DNA of 64,000 nucleotides, from contig JBNRSN020000005.1 in the NCBI GenBank assembly GCA_051313645.2, positions 335,854,001 through 335,918,000 on the forward strand. The letters run 5' to 3'. Within the stretch, counting starts at the first letter, position 1. Each line of letters starts with the position of its first letter. A model generated the notes under the pieces. It saw only the letters and a list, made by a program, of their open reading frames with translations, searched no databases and was not told the DNA's origin. Source of the DNA: Centroscyllium fabricii (taxonomy: Eukaryota). Shown here in pieces: positions 48,550-60,029 of the stretch. The position numbers were made by a program, and so were the translations under genes.

Positions 48550-49300
48550 CTCAGCCATGGTTCAGTGGGCAGCGCTCTCGCCTTCTGAGTCAGAAGGTTG
48601 TGGGTTCATAGTCCCACTCCAGAGACTAAAGCACAAAATCCAGGCTGACACTCCCAGTGCGGTGCTGAGGGAGCGCCGCACTGTCGGAGGTGCCGTCTTT
48701 CAGATGAGACGTTAAACCGAGGCCCCCGTCTGCTCTCTCAGGTGGACGTAAAAGATCCCACGGCCACTAGTTCAAAGAAGAGCAGGGGGAGTTCTCCCTG
48801 GTGTCCTGGGGCCAATCCTTGCCAAAAGAATTGATGTGCGTATTGAGCACATCAAGCATTGAAAAAGCAGGGACAGCTTTCTGCTGCGTGTGAAAGCGAA
48901 TGAACTGGCAAAGAGAGAGGCGAAGGAGAAGGGGACCTGGGTTGATCTGAATTACCAGCCCGTTGAGCCCAGAAAGGCACACTTTGTCCGAACCAAGGCT
49001 AATAAGCCACAGTTGCTGGAACCAATTCCATACGAGTTTATGGCATAATTTTGTTACCAATTCAAATAATTTTTATGTGTCTCAAAAAAAAAGTTATCCT
49101 TCAATCAAACATCACTAAAACAGATTATCTGGTCATTATCACATTGCTGTTTGTGGGAGCTTGCTGTGCGCAAATTGGCTGCCGCGTTTCCTCCATTACA
49201 ACAGTGACTACACTTCAAAAAGTACTTCATTGGCCGTAAAGCGCTTTGGGACATCCTGAGGTCATGAAAGGCGCTATTTAAATGCAAGTTATTTCTTTTG
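48550..49300 (+). mobile_element. Deu-SINE split by the RPL21 retrocopy
   Basis: SINE reads ...GTCCTGGGGCCAAT| and resumes |TTATCCTTCAATCAAACATCACTAAAACAG. Confidence 0.85.
48815..49092 (+). pseudogene. RPL21: 5'-truncated processed pseudogene of 60S ribosomal protein L21
   Basis: 48815-49048 translates [76 protein letters not shown], the recognisable eL21 C-terminal half. Premature TGA at 48860, short 3' UTR, A9 tract at 49084-49092. Confidence 0.95.
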
Positions 49301-50357
49301 GCTCCCAGTTGGATTTGAGTTGACATTTGTACAGTTCCATTCAAGATCCCAAAGTCAACAAGATCGAACCATCTTCCTGACCTCGGGACAGGAATGTCTT
49401 CCTTGTGGAATGATGACTCATGTTTCCATCACGGAGAGCGCCGTCTGCACAGATCAATCAACGAAGGCTTAAAAAAAATGACAAGAGCAAACTACATGAT
49501 TTATTTTTTTTGCTTTCTCTTTCTGGGATTGTTAATTAGAATTAATTAATGTGCTTTTATTAAATGGTTTGCCGGCCCACAGCGACTGCAGACTTGACAT
49601 CTTTTTCCAGCTTTTGAGAGTTGCTGTACTGCTGCGTTGAAATATATGTTTGTATTATTGAAAAGAAAATATGTACTGTGCAGCGTGGAACTGAGCCACA
49701 CAATGACCAGTGAGTTCCCAGGGTCAGCCCACGGTCTGTGCCGAGTCGGCAGATCCCAGGCCAGTGTTTCAGCAGGGGCGCTCCAATTAGCCTCAGCACT
49801 CCCTGGGCCAGAGAGTAGAAAAAGCAGACGGGGGTCCCCCGCTATTCTCACGGTCCAAAGATGACTCCAAGGTTGTGGGTGAGTGGGGGGGGAGGGATGA
49901 GGCAGCGGCTGCGGAAAGGATTAGGCCTGGCTATGATGCTTAAGTCAAACCGTCTGCGCACACTCACTACAACAAAAGCAATCGCTGGAAAGTCGGAAGC
50001 ACTGGTGTGGAAGGTGGCATTGTCGGAGCAGATGCAGCGGAGATGGAGAAACTGGGAGAATGGAATAGAGTCCTTACAGGAGGCAGGGTGGGAGGAAGTG
50101 TAGTCCAGGTAGCTGTGGGAGTCAGTAGTGAATGTTTGTCAATAGCCTATCCCCAGAGATGGAGACAGAGAAGTTGAGTGCACACACTCACTATTAAGAC
50201 TGACCGCTTGGGTGAGATAGTGTAAGGTCACGCCTCAGCAGTTAGTATCTGTAGGACAGATGGGGAAGGGGAAAATTCCATATATTTTAAGCCACAGTCT
50301 AAGCTTGCAACAAACCTGAATCAATTTTAGCCGGCTATATATCTACTTGGGCTATCA

Positions 50358-50960
50358 TAAGAACATAAGAAGTAGGAGCAGGAGTCGGCCATACGGCCCC
50401 TCGGGCCTGCTCCACCATTCAACAGGATCATAGCTGATCCGAACTTAGATTCAAGTCCACTTCCCTGCCCGTTCCCCGTAACCCCTTATTCCCTTATCAG
50501 CTAGGAAGCTGTCTATTTCCGATTTAAATTTATTTAATGTCCTAGCTTCCACGGCTCGCGGGGGCAGCAAATTTCATAGACTCACCACCCTCTGAGTGAA
50601 GAAATTTCTCCTCATCTCAGTTTTGAAAGGGCAGCCCCCTTATTATCAGATTATGCCCCCTAGTTCTAGTCTCACCCATCAATTCAATTCAATTCAATTC
50701 AAGTGTTATTGTCATTGCAGAGTACTAGTACAACACAACTAGACTAAGACTCGCCGTCAGTGGAAATATCCTCACCGCATCCACCCGATCAAGCCCCCTC
50801 ACAATCTTATATGTTTCGATAAGATCGCCTCTCACTCTTCTGAATTCCAATGAGTAGAGGCCCAACCTACTCAACCTTTCCTCATACGTCAACCCCCTCA
50901 TCTCCAGAATCAACCGAGTGAATCTTCTCTGAACTGTCTCAAGAGCAAGTATATTCCGGG
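50358..50960 (-). mobile_element. CR1 3' fragment
   Basis: MRGLTYEERLSRLGLYSLEFRRVRGDLIETYKI; (TTCTTATG)n tail; short (AATTG)n-tailed insert at 50680-50745. Confidence 0.85.
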
Positions 50961-50999
50961 AATGATTGCAGCATGGGTTATATGCAAAATCAAGCTCCT

Positions 51000-51850
51000 T
51001 TCAATTCAATTTCAATTTCATTTAAAAAACTTTATTGGCATGACAGGATACATCCCTATGTTGCCAAAGTATAAACCTTAACATACATAGTTAAAATGCA
51101 TAGATACAGATACAGCTATACAATGTATGGGCAGATATGCCCCTGTACATATGTATATATATATATACACACAATATATCTGTAACCTTTTATTGGTTGC
51201 TACACGTTCTTGCAGTTACAAACAGTATAATAATTAGTGTTGATTAGTCTCAGTTTGTGTGTGTGCATGTGTGCATGTTGGTCATTCACTGTCTCTCAGG
51301 TTGTGGCATGCTGTTATGTATTGTGCACCAAGCTGTGCCCTATTTCCCTCGCCAAGGCTTATTCTTAGTTTTGATATATCATCTAGTTCTTTGAAATCTG
51401 GGATTGCCAAGCTTAATTTGTCAAAGTATGTTTTCCTTGTTTTGTCGAATTGTTTGCATTTTAGGAGGAAGTGCACCTCTGTTTCAACCTCATCTGTCAA
51501 GCAGTGACCGCATATTCTATTTTCTCTTGGCTGCCAGGATTTCTTCTGTCTTCCTTTTTCGACTGCCAACTGGTGGTCACTTAGTCTGTACCTGGTGAGG
51601 GTCTGTCTCTGCTTTATATTTCTGACAGTTGAGAGATAGTCTGCCAATTTATAATCTCTTTTTAGGGCACGGTAACATTCTAATCTGCTTTGGTTTTTGG
51701 TTACTTTGTCCCAATGTTCCAAATAGGTTTCTTTGCATTGTTTGATGATTTGGTTCACTCTAATTGGTGTTTGGAAAGCAGTGTTGATCTGAGACTGGTC
51801 AAGGCTTGACTGAGATGGGGTAGTTAGTCTCAATACCAACTGACACAGGC
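51000..51850 (-). mobile_element. 3' end of a non-LTR retrotransposon with a C-terminal CCHC finger (RTE-X-like)
   Basis: ORF 51282-51839 RYRLSDHQLAVEKGR...RICGHC...ETEVHFLLKC; tail CATGCCAATAAAG..(AATTG)n also found at 20856-20920 and 36495-36565. Clade assignment tentative. Confidence 0.75.
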
Positions 51851-52239
51851 TACCAGAAGTCTCAAAATAATTGCGCCTACATTGTGAACTGTACTGTTTT
51901 ACACATCAGCCACCCTGCGGTTTCTACGAGTGACAAGGCTGATTCTGTATCAGTTAGTGTTGAACTGTGGACATGACCCGCGCGGTATTGTCGGGGTTGT
52001 CCAACCTCCTACCTAAAGTTTTTACCAAAGAGACGCAGTGTACCGGAGCACAGGTAAAACAGGTCTTTAATCTTGAACTCCATACAACGACTGTTGCAAA
52101 AGAGCGCGAAAGCGCAAAGCATTGTGGGAAAAGAGATGGACAGTTCCTTAGGCCACTCAGGAACCAGGACAGGGACGCCGGCTGCCCAATAGGGAAATGT
52201 AGGCGGGACCGACTGTGAAATAGGGATTGTGGCTTAAAG

Positions 52240-52959
52240 CAGCGGTCCCCAACCTTTTTTGCACCACGGACCAGTTTCATGCAAGACAATTTTTCCACGG
52301 ACCGGGGGGGGGAGAGGAGAGGGGAGAATCACGCGCATAACAAAACACAATAAAGTGCATATTATATAATTTAATTATTAATTTAATTATTACATTTATA
52401 ATGTAAATGTGACTCAACTCACCATAATGCAGAATCAGTGGGAGCACTGAACTTGTNNNNNNNNNNNNNNNNNNNNNNNNNNNNNNNNNNNNNNNNNNNN
52501 NNNNNNNNNNNNNNNNNNNNNNNNNNNNNNNNNNNNNNNNNNNNNNNNNNNNNNNNNNNNNNNNNNNNNNNNNNNNNNNNNNNNNNNNNNNNNNNNNNNN
52601 NNNNNNNNNNNNNNNNNNNNNNNNTTTGTGGCGATCTCAGGATATTCCGCCTTGACTTTAAACCAGAACGTTGGGAGATTTGAAGTCTCAAACATACTTT
52701 TAAGGCCACCATCATTTGCGATCTCAAGCAGCTGGTCTTCTTCCAGCATGGACAAGGTCGATTCACCTGGCTTGTTCACAAATGGGTCGCGGATCCATTC
52801 CTTCCTAGTTCGCGGGTCTTTTGTGGTTGGAAAGTAACGCTCAAACTCTTTTAAAAGCTGAGATAGGTGATCGTGCAGCAGCCGATCTTTCTGTGCGGCC
52901 CGGGACCAAATGATCCACGGCCCGGTACTGGTCCGCGGCCCGGTAATTGGGGACCCCTG
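52240..52959 (-). mobile_element. hAT-Charlie/Buster deletion derivative (MER1/Charlie3-like)
   Basis: TIRs CAGCGGTCCCCAA / TTGGGGACCCCTG, perfect 8-bp TSD GCTTAAAG with central TA. Transposase C-terminus EWIRDPFVNKPGESTLSMLEEDQLLEIANDGGLKSMFE..FW..KAEYPEIAT...QVQCSH*. Confidence 0.92.
52457..52624. other. Assembly gap (N run)
   Basis: 168 consecutive N inside the hAT element. Confidence 1.
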
Positions 52960-53321
52960 GCTTAAAGGGAAGACCCAGGGACTTCCCCGGGTAGCTACGC
53001 TACAGTATCGTTAGATCCACTAGCAACTGGATTGAGGTTGTGATGATTTCCTTTCCTGTAAACTCTTACAGCCAATATGCCACTGATCTGGGTTGATTGA
53101 AGCATGTGTTCCAGAGGTGAAAGTGTGGTATTCTAATCGACTCTACCAGCCAGTCCCAGATAGGGGGAATTTCCTGATTCGAGTTGTTTCATTTAACCAA
53201 GAAATAGTATTCTCATTTGTAGATAAGAATTCTATGCTAACCTAGGGCCGGAAACTCCTGGTTGGGTTTACTTGTGAATTCAGTTGGGTTTGCTGTAGTG
53301 TTTGTTCATTTTAATGTTGTA

Positions 53322-53731
53322 CAGGTTGAACACCGGTAATCCGGCACCCGATGGTCCGGCGGTTTCAGTGGTCCGGCACGATTGGAAACCGCCGCTCTTC
53401 ATTTTGCGGAGCAGCCGCTCGGCGGCGCCACCATTTCCCAGGAAGGGTGAGCGAGCGCCGAAGGCATCGGGCATTTGGGTTTCTGTTTTTTTCGGCTTTG
53501 TAAGTGTTCTATCCCCGGGCTCCCTCCCGGGGAGTGTTCTACCCGCGCACTTCGAGCCCTGGGGAGTGTTCTACCACGCGCTCCGGGCCCCGGGGAGCGT
53601 GCTACCCGCGCGCTCCGGGCCCCGGGGAGTGTTCGACCGCGCGCTCCCCCTGAACCTTCAGCGGTTCAGAATTTTCAATGGTCCGGCACCGGCCTAGTCC
53701 TGAGGGTGCCGGATTAACGGTGCTCAAACTG
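53322..53731. mobile_element. Tigger-like MITE with 33-bp internal repeat
   Basis: TA|CAGGTTGAACACCGGTAATCCGGCAC ... GTGCCGGATTAACGGTGCTCAAACTG|TA; GGGGAGTGTTCTACC..CGCGCTCCGGGCCC repeated about 4 times. Confidence 0.85.
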
Positions 53732-54311
53732 TACTTCAAATGCCTCTCAAGTATAACCATACTCCAAAGTCTAGCAGCAATATTATTGTCAAATGTGTGT
53801 TCTACTTATTTTGTGGTTTAAAAACAACCATTGTTCATGAGTATCTGGTACAACGGTATTTCAAATCCCCTTCAATCCCCTTGAGAAGTTATTTATCCTT
53901 TTTAGTTTATCCTAGGTGATTATTTTCCTGACAGACTGTGGTACTAATTCTTTCTAACACTGAAATTGCCCAAAAGAATGGTGAGAATGGAAAGATTAGA
54001 TCAGTTGCTGACACATGCATTCCAGATCCATTAAGAATGTGGAAAGAAGCAGTCGATGACTCATATCAGACTGTTCTGGATACAACACCATGTGGCATGA
54101 ATGACAGAAACATCCTAATACCTAACGCAGAACTACTCCCCATCTCATTATTTTGTCCCAAGCTTCAGGGGGGTAGATTTGAACTTTGACCGGCTGGAGG
54201 AAAGCTGCTGGTAATGGATTGGCCACCCCGTTATACAATCTGTCGGATTGTCTTTCCCATTGTCTTGGCATTGCCCATAGTCAGTTGATGACAAATTGTT
54301 TTTTTTAAAAA

Positions 54312-54700
54312 TAGAAACATAGAAACATAGAAGATAGGAGCAGGCCATTCGGCCCTTCGAGCCTGCTCCGCCATTCAATGAGATCATGGCTGATCATCCA
54401 AACCCAGCACCCTGTCCCTGCCTTGTCCCCATATCCCTCGATCCCGCACCGACACATATCTCTATCCCCGTAACTCCATATATTCAATCCCCCTAACACT
54501 AAGGGTCAATTTATCCTGGCCAATCAACCTAACCCGCACATTTTTGGACTGTGGGAGGAAACCGGAGCACCCGGAGGAAACCCACGCAGACACGGGGAGA
54601 ATGTGCAAACTCCACACAGATAGTACCCGAGGCAGGATTTGAACCCGGGTCTCCAGTGCTGTAAGGCAACAGTGCTAACCACTATGCCACCGTGCCGCCC
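54312..54700 (-). mobile_element. HE1-like V-SINE
   Basis: Full-length reverse-complement copy. Confidence 0.9.
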
Positions 54701-55204
54701 GATATAAATAGATTATATATATACATATATATAGGCATGAGATGGCAACAGAGTTGAGCATTACAGAGAGAGTGACTTGAGAATTTGTCTGCACAGCAAT
54801 AAATGCCAACCTTGTCAGCAATACCCATATTCCGAGAATGAATAAAAAAAAGCCCAGTGGCAAGCACCTGCAACTACACCGTTACAGACAACTGTTTACA
54901 CCCAGTTATTTCCATTATAAATCTTTACATAGGCAACTTCAATGTTAAAAGTTGATCTAAAAGCATGACCAAAAATCAGGACAACAGAAATGAGAACTTT
55001 TTTTTTTAATTCATTGATGGGATGTGGGCGTCGCTGGCTGGCTAGGCCTGCATTTAGTGCCCATCCCTAATTGCCCTCGAGAAGATGGTGGTGAGCCGCC
55101 TTCTTGAACCGCTGCTGTCTTGTTGTAGGACTTACACAGGACTTCAAATAATATATATATATATATATAATAATGTCAGATATTGGGGGAGGGGAGGATA
55201 GTAG

Positions 55205-56565
55205 GTAGCCAGTGGCTCAGTGGGCAGCACTCTCACCTCTGAGTCAGAGGAGCCAATTTTCATCGGGCCGTGAGGCGGAATTTTGGCCGGGACTGCAACG
55301 AAAATAGCAGAAATGAGGGTCCACGACCCCTCCCGCCGTCTTCCCACCCGCTTGTCAATTTCACCTGGCGGGTCCGATCGGCCCGCCTCAGTCCCACCCG
55401 GCATCGGCGGGGATGCTCGTTAGGCTCATTAGGGGACCTTAATTGGCATCGGTAATGCCACTTTAAGGGACCATTGCTACATTGAGCCTCTTCCCACCCA
55501 GAACCTGCCTGGTGGAAACACCGCCGTTGAAAGCTGGGGGGCACCCAATCGGCTGGGTGACTGCCACCTTCAAGGCATGGGAAACAGCAGCCACACAGCG
55601 GCTTGCTAGCCTCCAACATGCTGGAGGTGTAACTGGCACCCAAGGGTGCCAAACTTCAGTGGCCAAAGACCTTAAAATCACTTACCTGCCAGCTGCGTCC
55701 CACTGACTGACAGACATCGCGTTGTGAGCTATGTCTGTGAAGCAAAGCAGCCCCGCTGTCAATCACCAGTGGATTCGTTTCTGTTTACATTCCCCTGAAA
55801 CCACAAACAAACACAGCCAGCCTAGTTAAAGCTGTCACTCTTAGATTTGTGCTTTCATCTGTTGACATAGCATTATGACATCATAATGCCCGAAACCACA
55901 GAAAGAGGAACACCAAGCTATCAGTACAGCTGCCAATCATTGGCTCTGCTGCTGACATAGGTCAAAGCCCACCCATTTTCTAGGTAAAATCCCTCAATTG
56001 CCAGGATCTTCCCAAACTCGGGGACTTAATTGGCCAATTAAGCCAAAATTGCGTGGGGATTCCACACCCTTCAGAAAGTGGGAAGATAGAGTGTCAGTGG
56101 ATCAGTGGGGATCTCACCCATGTCCCACACCTTCAGGAAAATCCTGCCCAGAAGGTTGTGGGTTCAAGTCTCACTCCAGAGACTTGAGCACAAAAACCTA
56201 GGCTGACACTCCAGGGCAGTGCTGAGGGAGTGCTGCACTGTCAGAGGGGCCGTCTTTCACATGAGACATTAAACCGAAGCCCCGTCTGCTCTCTCCGGTG
56301 GATGTAAAAGATCCCGCGGCACTATTTCGAAGAAGAGCAGGGTGGGGAGTTCTCCCAGGTGTCCTGGGCCAATATTTATCCCTCAAATCAACATCACGAA
56401 AACAGATGATCTGGTCATTATCACATTGCGGTTTGTGGGAGCTTGCTGTGCGCAAATTGGCTGCCGCATTTCGCACATTACAACAGTGACTACACTTTAC
56501 TGGCTGCAAAGCATCTTGGAACGTCTGGAGGTTGTGAAAGGCATGAGATAAATCCAAGTTTTTTC
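55205..56565 (+). mobile_element. Deu-SINE split in its tRNA head by a Harbinger-like non-autonomous element (55249-56149)
   Basis: CTGAGTCAGA|GGAGCCAATTTTC ... GGAAAATCCTGCCC|AGAAGGTTGTGGG; 3-bp TSD AGA. Confidence 0.78.
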
Positions 56566-57302
56566 TTCCTATCTTAATGGGATCTGAAGATTAAAAATAA
56601 TGATTATTTTTCACTTCCTTCTGGGTGACGACATAACCAGCCCTTCCTTTGTAAACAACATTTTGTGATCTTATCGTGCTGGAGAGACTTTGGGGAGTCT
56701 AATGTTTCTTGTCCGCGTGAATCACTTGGCATTTCTGTGGGAGCTCGAGAGGAGTCGAGCATGTTGAAGGCTGGTGGCTGGTTTGTGAAGTGAAGCTTAC
56801 TGCGAGGGCCATTAAAGGGCCTTTATTGGTTAGTGTGAACTCTCATTTCATAGCCCAATTTGTAAGTAGAGTCAATAAGAAGCGAACATTAAGTGCAAAG
56901 GACAAAAATCAGCGGGAGGCAGAGAGCAGTGAACGGGAGCAGCCATCCACTTATGGAAATACTCAGGAATGTTCACAGGCTGTCGCACAAAGGAGCCATT
57001 TAATTACACACACTCGGGCCAAGTGAGGGGTCAGCACAAACAACTGTTCACTGAACTGAACTGCCTTAAGGTTGGACGTACTGGGGCGGGTGGACAACGA
57101 GGAGGAAGTAGGAGAGAAATTAGAGAGGGGATGGGGCGACAGAAAGCACAGTTAACGAAGTAGGTTTTGAGGAGCATTTTGAAAAGTGATTGCGAATCAA
57201 ATCAATTTTTGTCTCTCCAAGGGGATTATACAGCTGCGGGGGTGGGTGTGAGGTGTGGGTGGGGAGGGGGGCGGGTGGGAAGAATTGCTTAGGAATGATT
57301 TT

Positions 57303-57610
57303 GGGCGGCACGGTGGCATAGTGGTTAGCACTGTTGCCTCACAGCACTGGAGACCTGGGTTCAAATCCAGCCTCGGGTACTATCTGTGTGGAGTTTGCAC
57401 ATTCTCCCCGTGTCTGCGTGGGTTTCCTCCGGGTGCTCCGATTTCCTCCCACAGTCCAAAGATGTGTGGGTTAGGTTGATTGGCCAGGATGGATTGACCC
57501 TTAGTGTTAGGGGGATTGAATATGTGGGGTTGCGGGGATAGGGTGGGGTGTGTGTCGGTGCAGGCTCGATGGGCCGAAATGGCCTCTATCTGCACTGTAG
57601 GGATTCTATG
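57303..57610 (+). mobile_element. HE1-like V-SINE (short-tail variant, as at 7200)
   Basis: Head, V-domain, tail CTGCACTGTAGGGATTCTATGA. Confidence 0.9.
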
Positions 57611-58112
57611 ATGATGATATGATTTCTCCGGCTGGGGCTGGTTTGATGGAACAACTGGTCTTATTCTGCCCATCAATTTTGTATGTCGTAAAATTAATTT
57701 GCATTGATGTAGCACTTAGTATGTCCCAAAGTGCTTCACCGTCCATGAATTACCATAGTTATGCAGACAGTCAATTTGCGCACAGCAAGCTCCCACAAAC
57801 TGCAAATGAGGTAAGTGACAAGAAATAACAACAGAAAATGCTGGAGAAACTCAGCAGGCCAGGCAGCATCGGTGGAGAGAGAAACAGAGTTAACGGTTCA
57901 CGTCGAAGACCTTTCATCAGTGACAAGTCAATCTGTTTTGGTGATGTTGGTTGAGGGATAAATGTTGGCCAGGGATCGTCCCCTGTTCTTCTTCAAATAG
58001 TGCCATGGAAGCTTCTATGTCCACCTGAACAAGCAGATGAGATGGTTTGACATCTCATCTAAAAGACAGCACCTCCGATACTAGAGTGAATAGTCAGCTT
58101 AGATTATGTTGA

Positions 58113-58518
58113 ATGAGGGGGGATCTTATAGAGACGTTTAAAATCCTGACTGGTTTAGACAAGTTAGATGCGGGCAGAATGTTTCCAATATTAGGGAAGA
58201 CTAGAACCAGGGGTCACAGTCTAAGGATAAAGGGGAGGCCATTTAAGACTGAGATGAGGAGGAACTTCTTCACCCAGAGTGGCGAATCTGTGGAATTCTC
58301 TGCCACAGAAGGTTGTTGAGGCCAGTTCGCTAAATATATTCAAAAGGGAGTTAGATATAATACTCACAACTAGGGGGATCAAGGGGTATGGCGAGAAAGC
58401 AGGAATGGGGTACTGAGGTAGCATGTTCAGCCATGAACGCATTAAATGGCGGTGCAGGCTCGAAGGACCGAATGGTCTACTCCTGCACCTATTTTCCATG
58501 TTTCTATGTTTCTATGTG
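58113..58518 (+). mobile_element. CR1 3' fragment inside a minus-strand Deu-SINE
   Basis: MRGDLIETFKILTGLDKLDAGRMFP..TRGHSLRIKG; (CTATGTTT)n tail. Confidence 0.85.
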
Positions 58519-59336
58519 CTCAAGTTTCGTGGAGTGAGGCTTGAACCCACGACCTTCTGACGCGGAAGTGAAGTGCCACCCACTGAGCCAGACTGACTCT
58601 TCGGATATGGTGGCAGACTGCGAATGTTCTCAGGTCTCCCTCGAATGGTGGTGCCAAAGAGTGGGGGAGGGGACACGCATTAGACCAGCGTTCGATGATT
58701 GGAGGATGCATGGTGGGCTACGGATGGATTAGATGACGAGGGTGCGTATTTTGAACATCAATGCGCTGGGGGAGTGGGCGGGTAGAGAGCTGTTGGAGGT
58801 CGGTAAGGGCAAAGTCATGGACATGGTCCTTTGTGTGGGGCGCATATTGGCTTTGGAGCTCTGGACGAGTTGGGTCCGGAACCCGCCTCAAGATGCTGAG
58901 AGTGTCACCAGCAGTATGATTGAACAGGCTGTGGCTTTTTTCAAATAGAAGAGAGAAGACTGAGGGATGACCTGACAGAGGTTATGAAAGGGTTTGATTG
59001 GGTAGACGTAGAGAAGATGTTTCCACTTGTGGGGGGAGATCAGAACTAGGGACCATCGATATAAGATAGTCATTAATAAATCTGCATGTGACCCCGCCTG
59101 ACGTAGAGTCATCCAGACTCGAACCATCTTTGGCTTGTTCTGCGATTTTAAGTAAGAAAAATCCTTGTTTTAAAAAAATCATTCTGTGGGATTTTCAAGG
59201 ACAGCAGACTGTAACGTTTGACCCTTTGTGACTGCACCCTTTGATCTCAGGCTGACTGATATGTTAGAACACCTTTGATTGCTTTGATGTCCCTCAGCTG
59301 AGGTGTGATGTGAAACAGCTGGAGAGACCACAGTGT

Positions 59337-59367
<31 letters not shown>

Positions 59368-59503
59368 GCTATGTTTAAATGAATCTCTTAAAATATGTTA
59401 ATACGCCTTTGTGTGCTCTGTCTATCTCTGCTAAGGTGAGATGTGGGAGAGATCGGATTTCTCCCTTCCTCCCATATGTGCGTTCTTTAAGTCAGTCTCT
59501 CTT

Positions 59504-59541
59504 TCACCTGACGAAGGGGCAGAAGCTCTGAAAGCTTGTGA
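59504..59541 (+). ncRNA. Minimal type I hammerhead ribozyme motif, second Penelope-type family
   Basis: TCAC-CTGACGA-A-GGGGC agaa GCTCT-GAAA-GC-TT-GTGA; stems I and II pair, stem III palindrome AGCT. Confidence 0.75.
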
Positions 59542-59710
59542 TTTAAAATAAAACTGTTGGAGTATAATCTGGTGTTGTGTGACTTCTTGCATTAATAAAT
59601 CCAATCGGGAATTCAGGAGAGCCGTCTCTACCCAGAGAGCGGATAGAATGTGGAACTCGCTCCCACAGGGAATAGTTGAAGCGAACAGCATTGATGCATT
59701 TAAGGGGAAG

Positions 59711-59987
59711 TGACGGATCGTCAATAATACTCGAAGACGAATAGTTACCTTAACTAAAGGCTTTTATTAACAAAAAATGGAGCTGGTCTTCGGATGGGAT
59801 CAGGACGGTGAGTGAATGGGGAATGGTGAGCACCCACCTATGTACTCCGACCTGAGGGGAGGAGTTAGAGGTGGGGCCGTTCCTGTCGTCAGGTATTTAC
59901 AGATATGTACAGGTACAGGCTCAGTAATGCTGTCAGGTCATTACTGGTGTAAACTTTATATACTGTGGTAAATATACGTTTACCACA
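59711..59987 (-). mobile_element. Solo LTR (subfamily A-like) inserted in a CR1 fragment
   Basis: Minus strand TGTGGTAAAC...GACGATCCGTCA; perfect TSD GGAAG. Confidence 0.9.
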
Positions 59988-60029
59988 GGAAGCTAGGTAA
60001 GCACATGATGGAGAAAGGGATAGAAGGAT

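Larger units (their letters stand above)
51958..53004 (-). mobile_element. Probable solo LTR hosting a hAT insertion
   Basis: TG...CA ends (minus strand TGTAGCGTAGC...GTTCAACA), ATTAAAG signal; hAT inserted at the TTTAAG/TATA-like site. Confidence 0.5.

Noticed and set aside
52419-52779. ORFs spanning X runs
   Set aside because: They cross the N gap; only the flanking hAT transposase residues are supportable.
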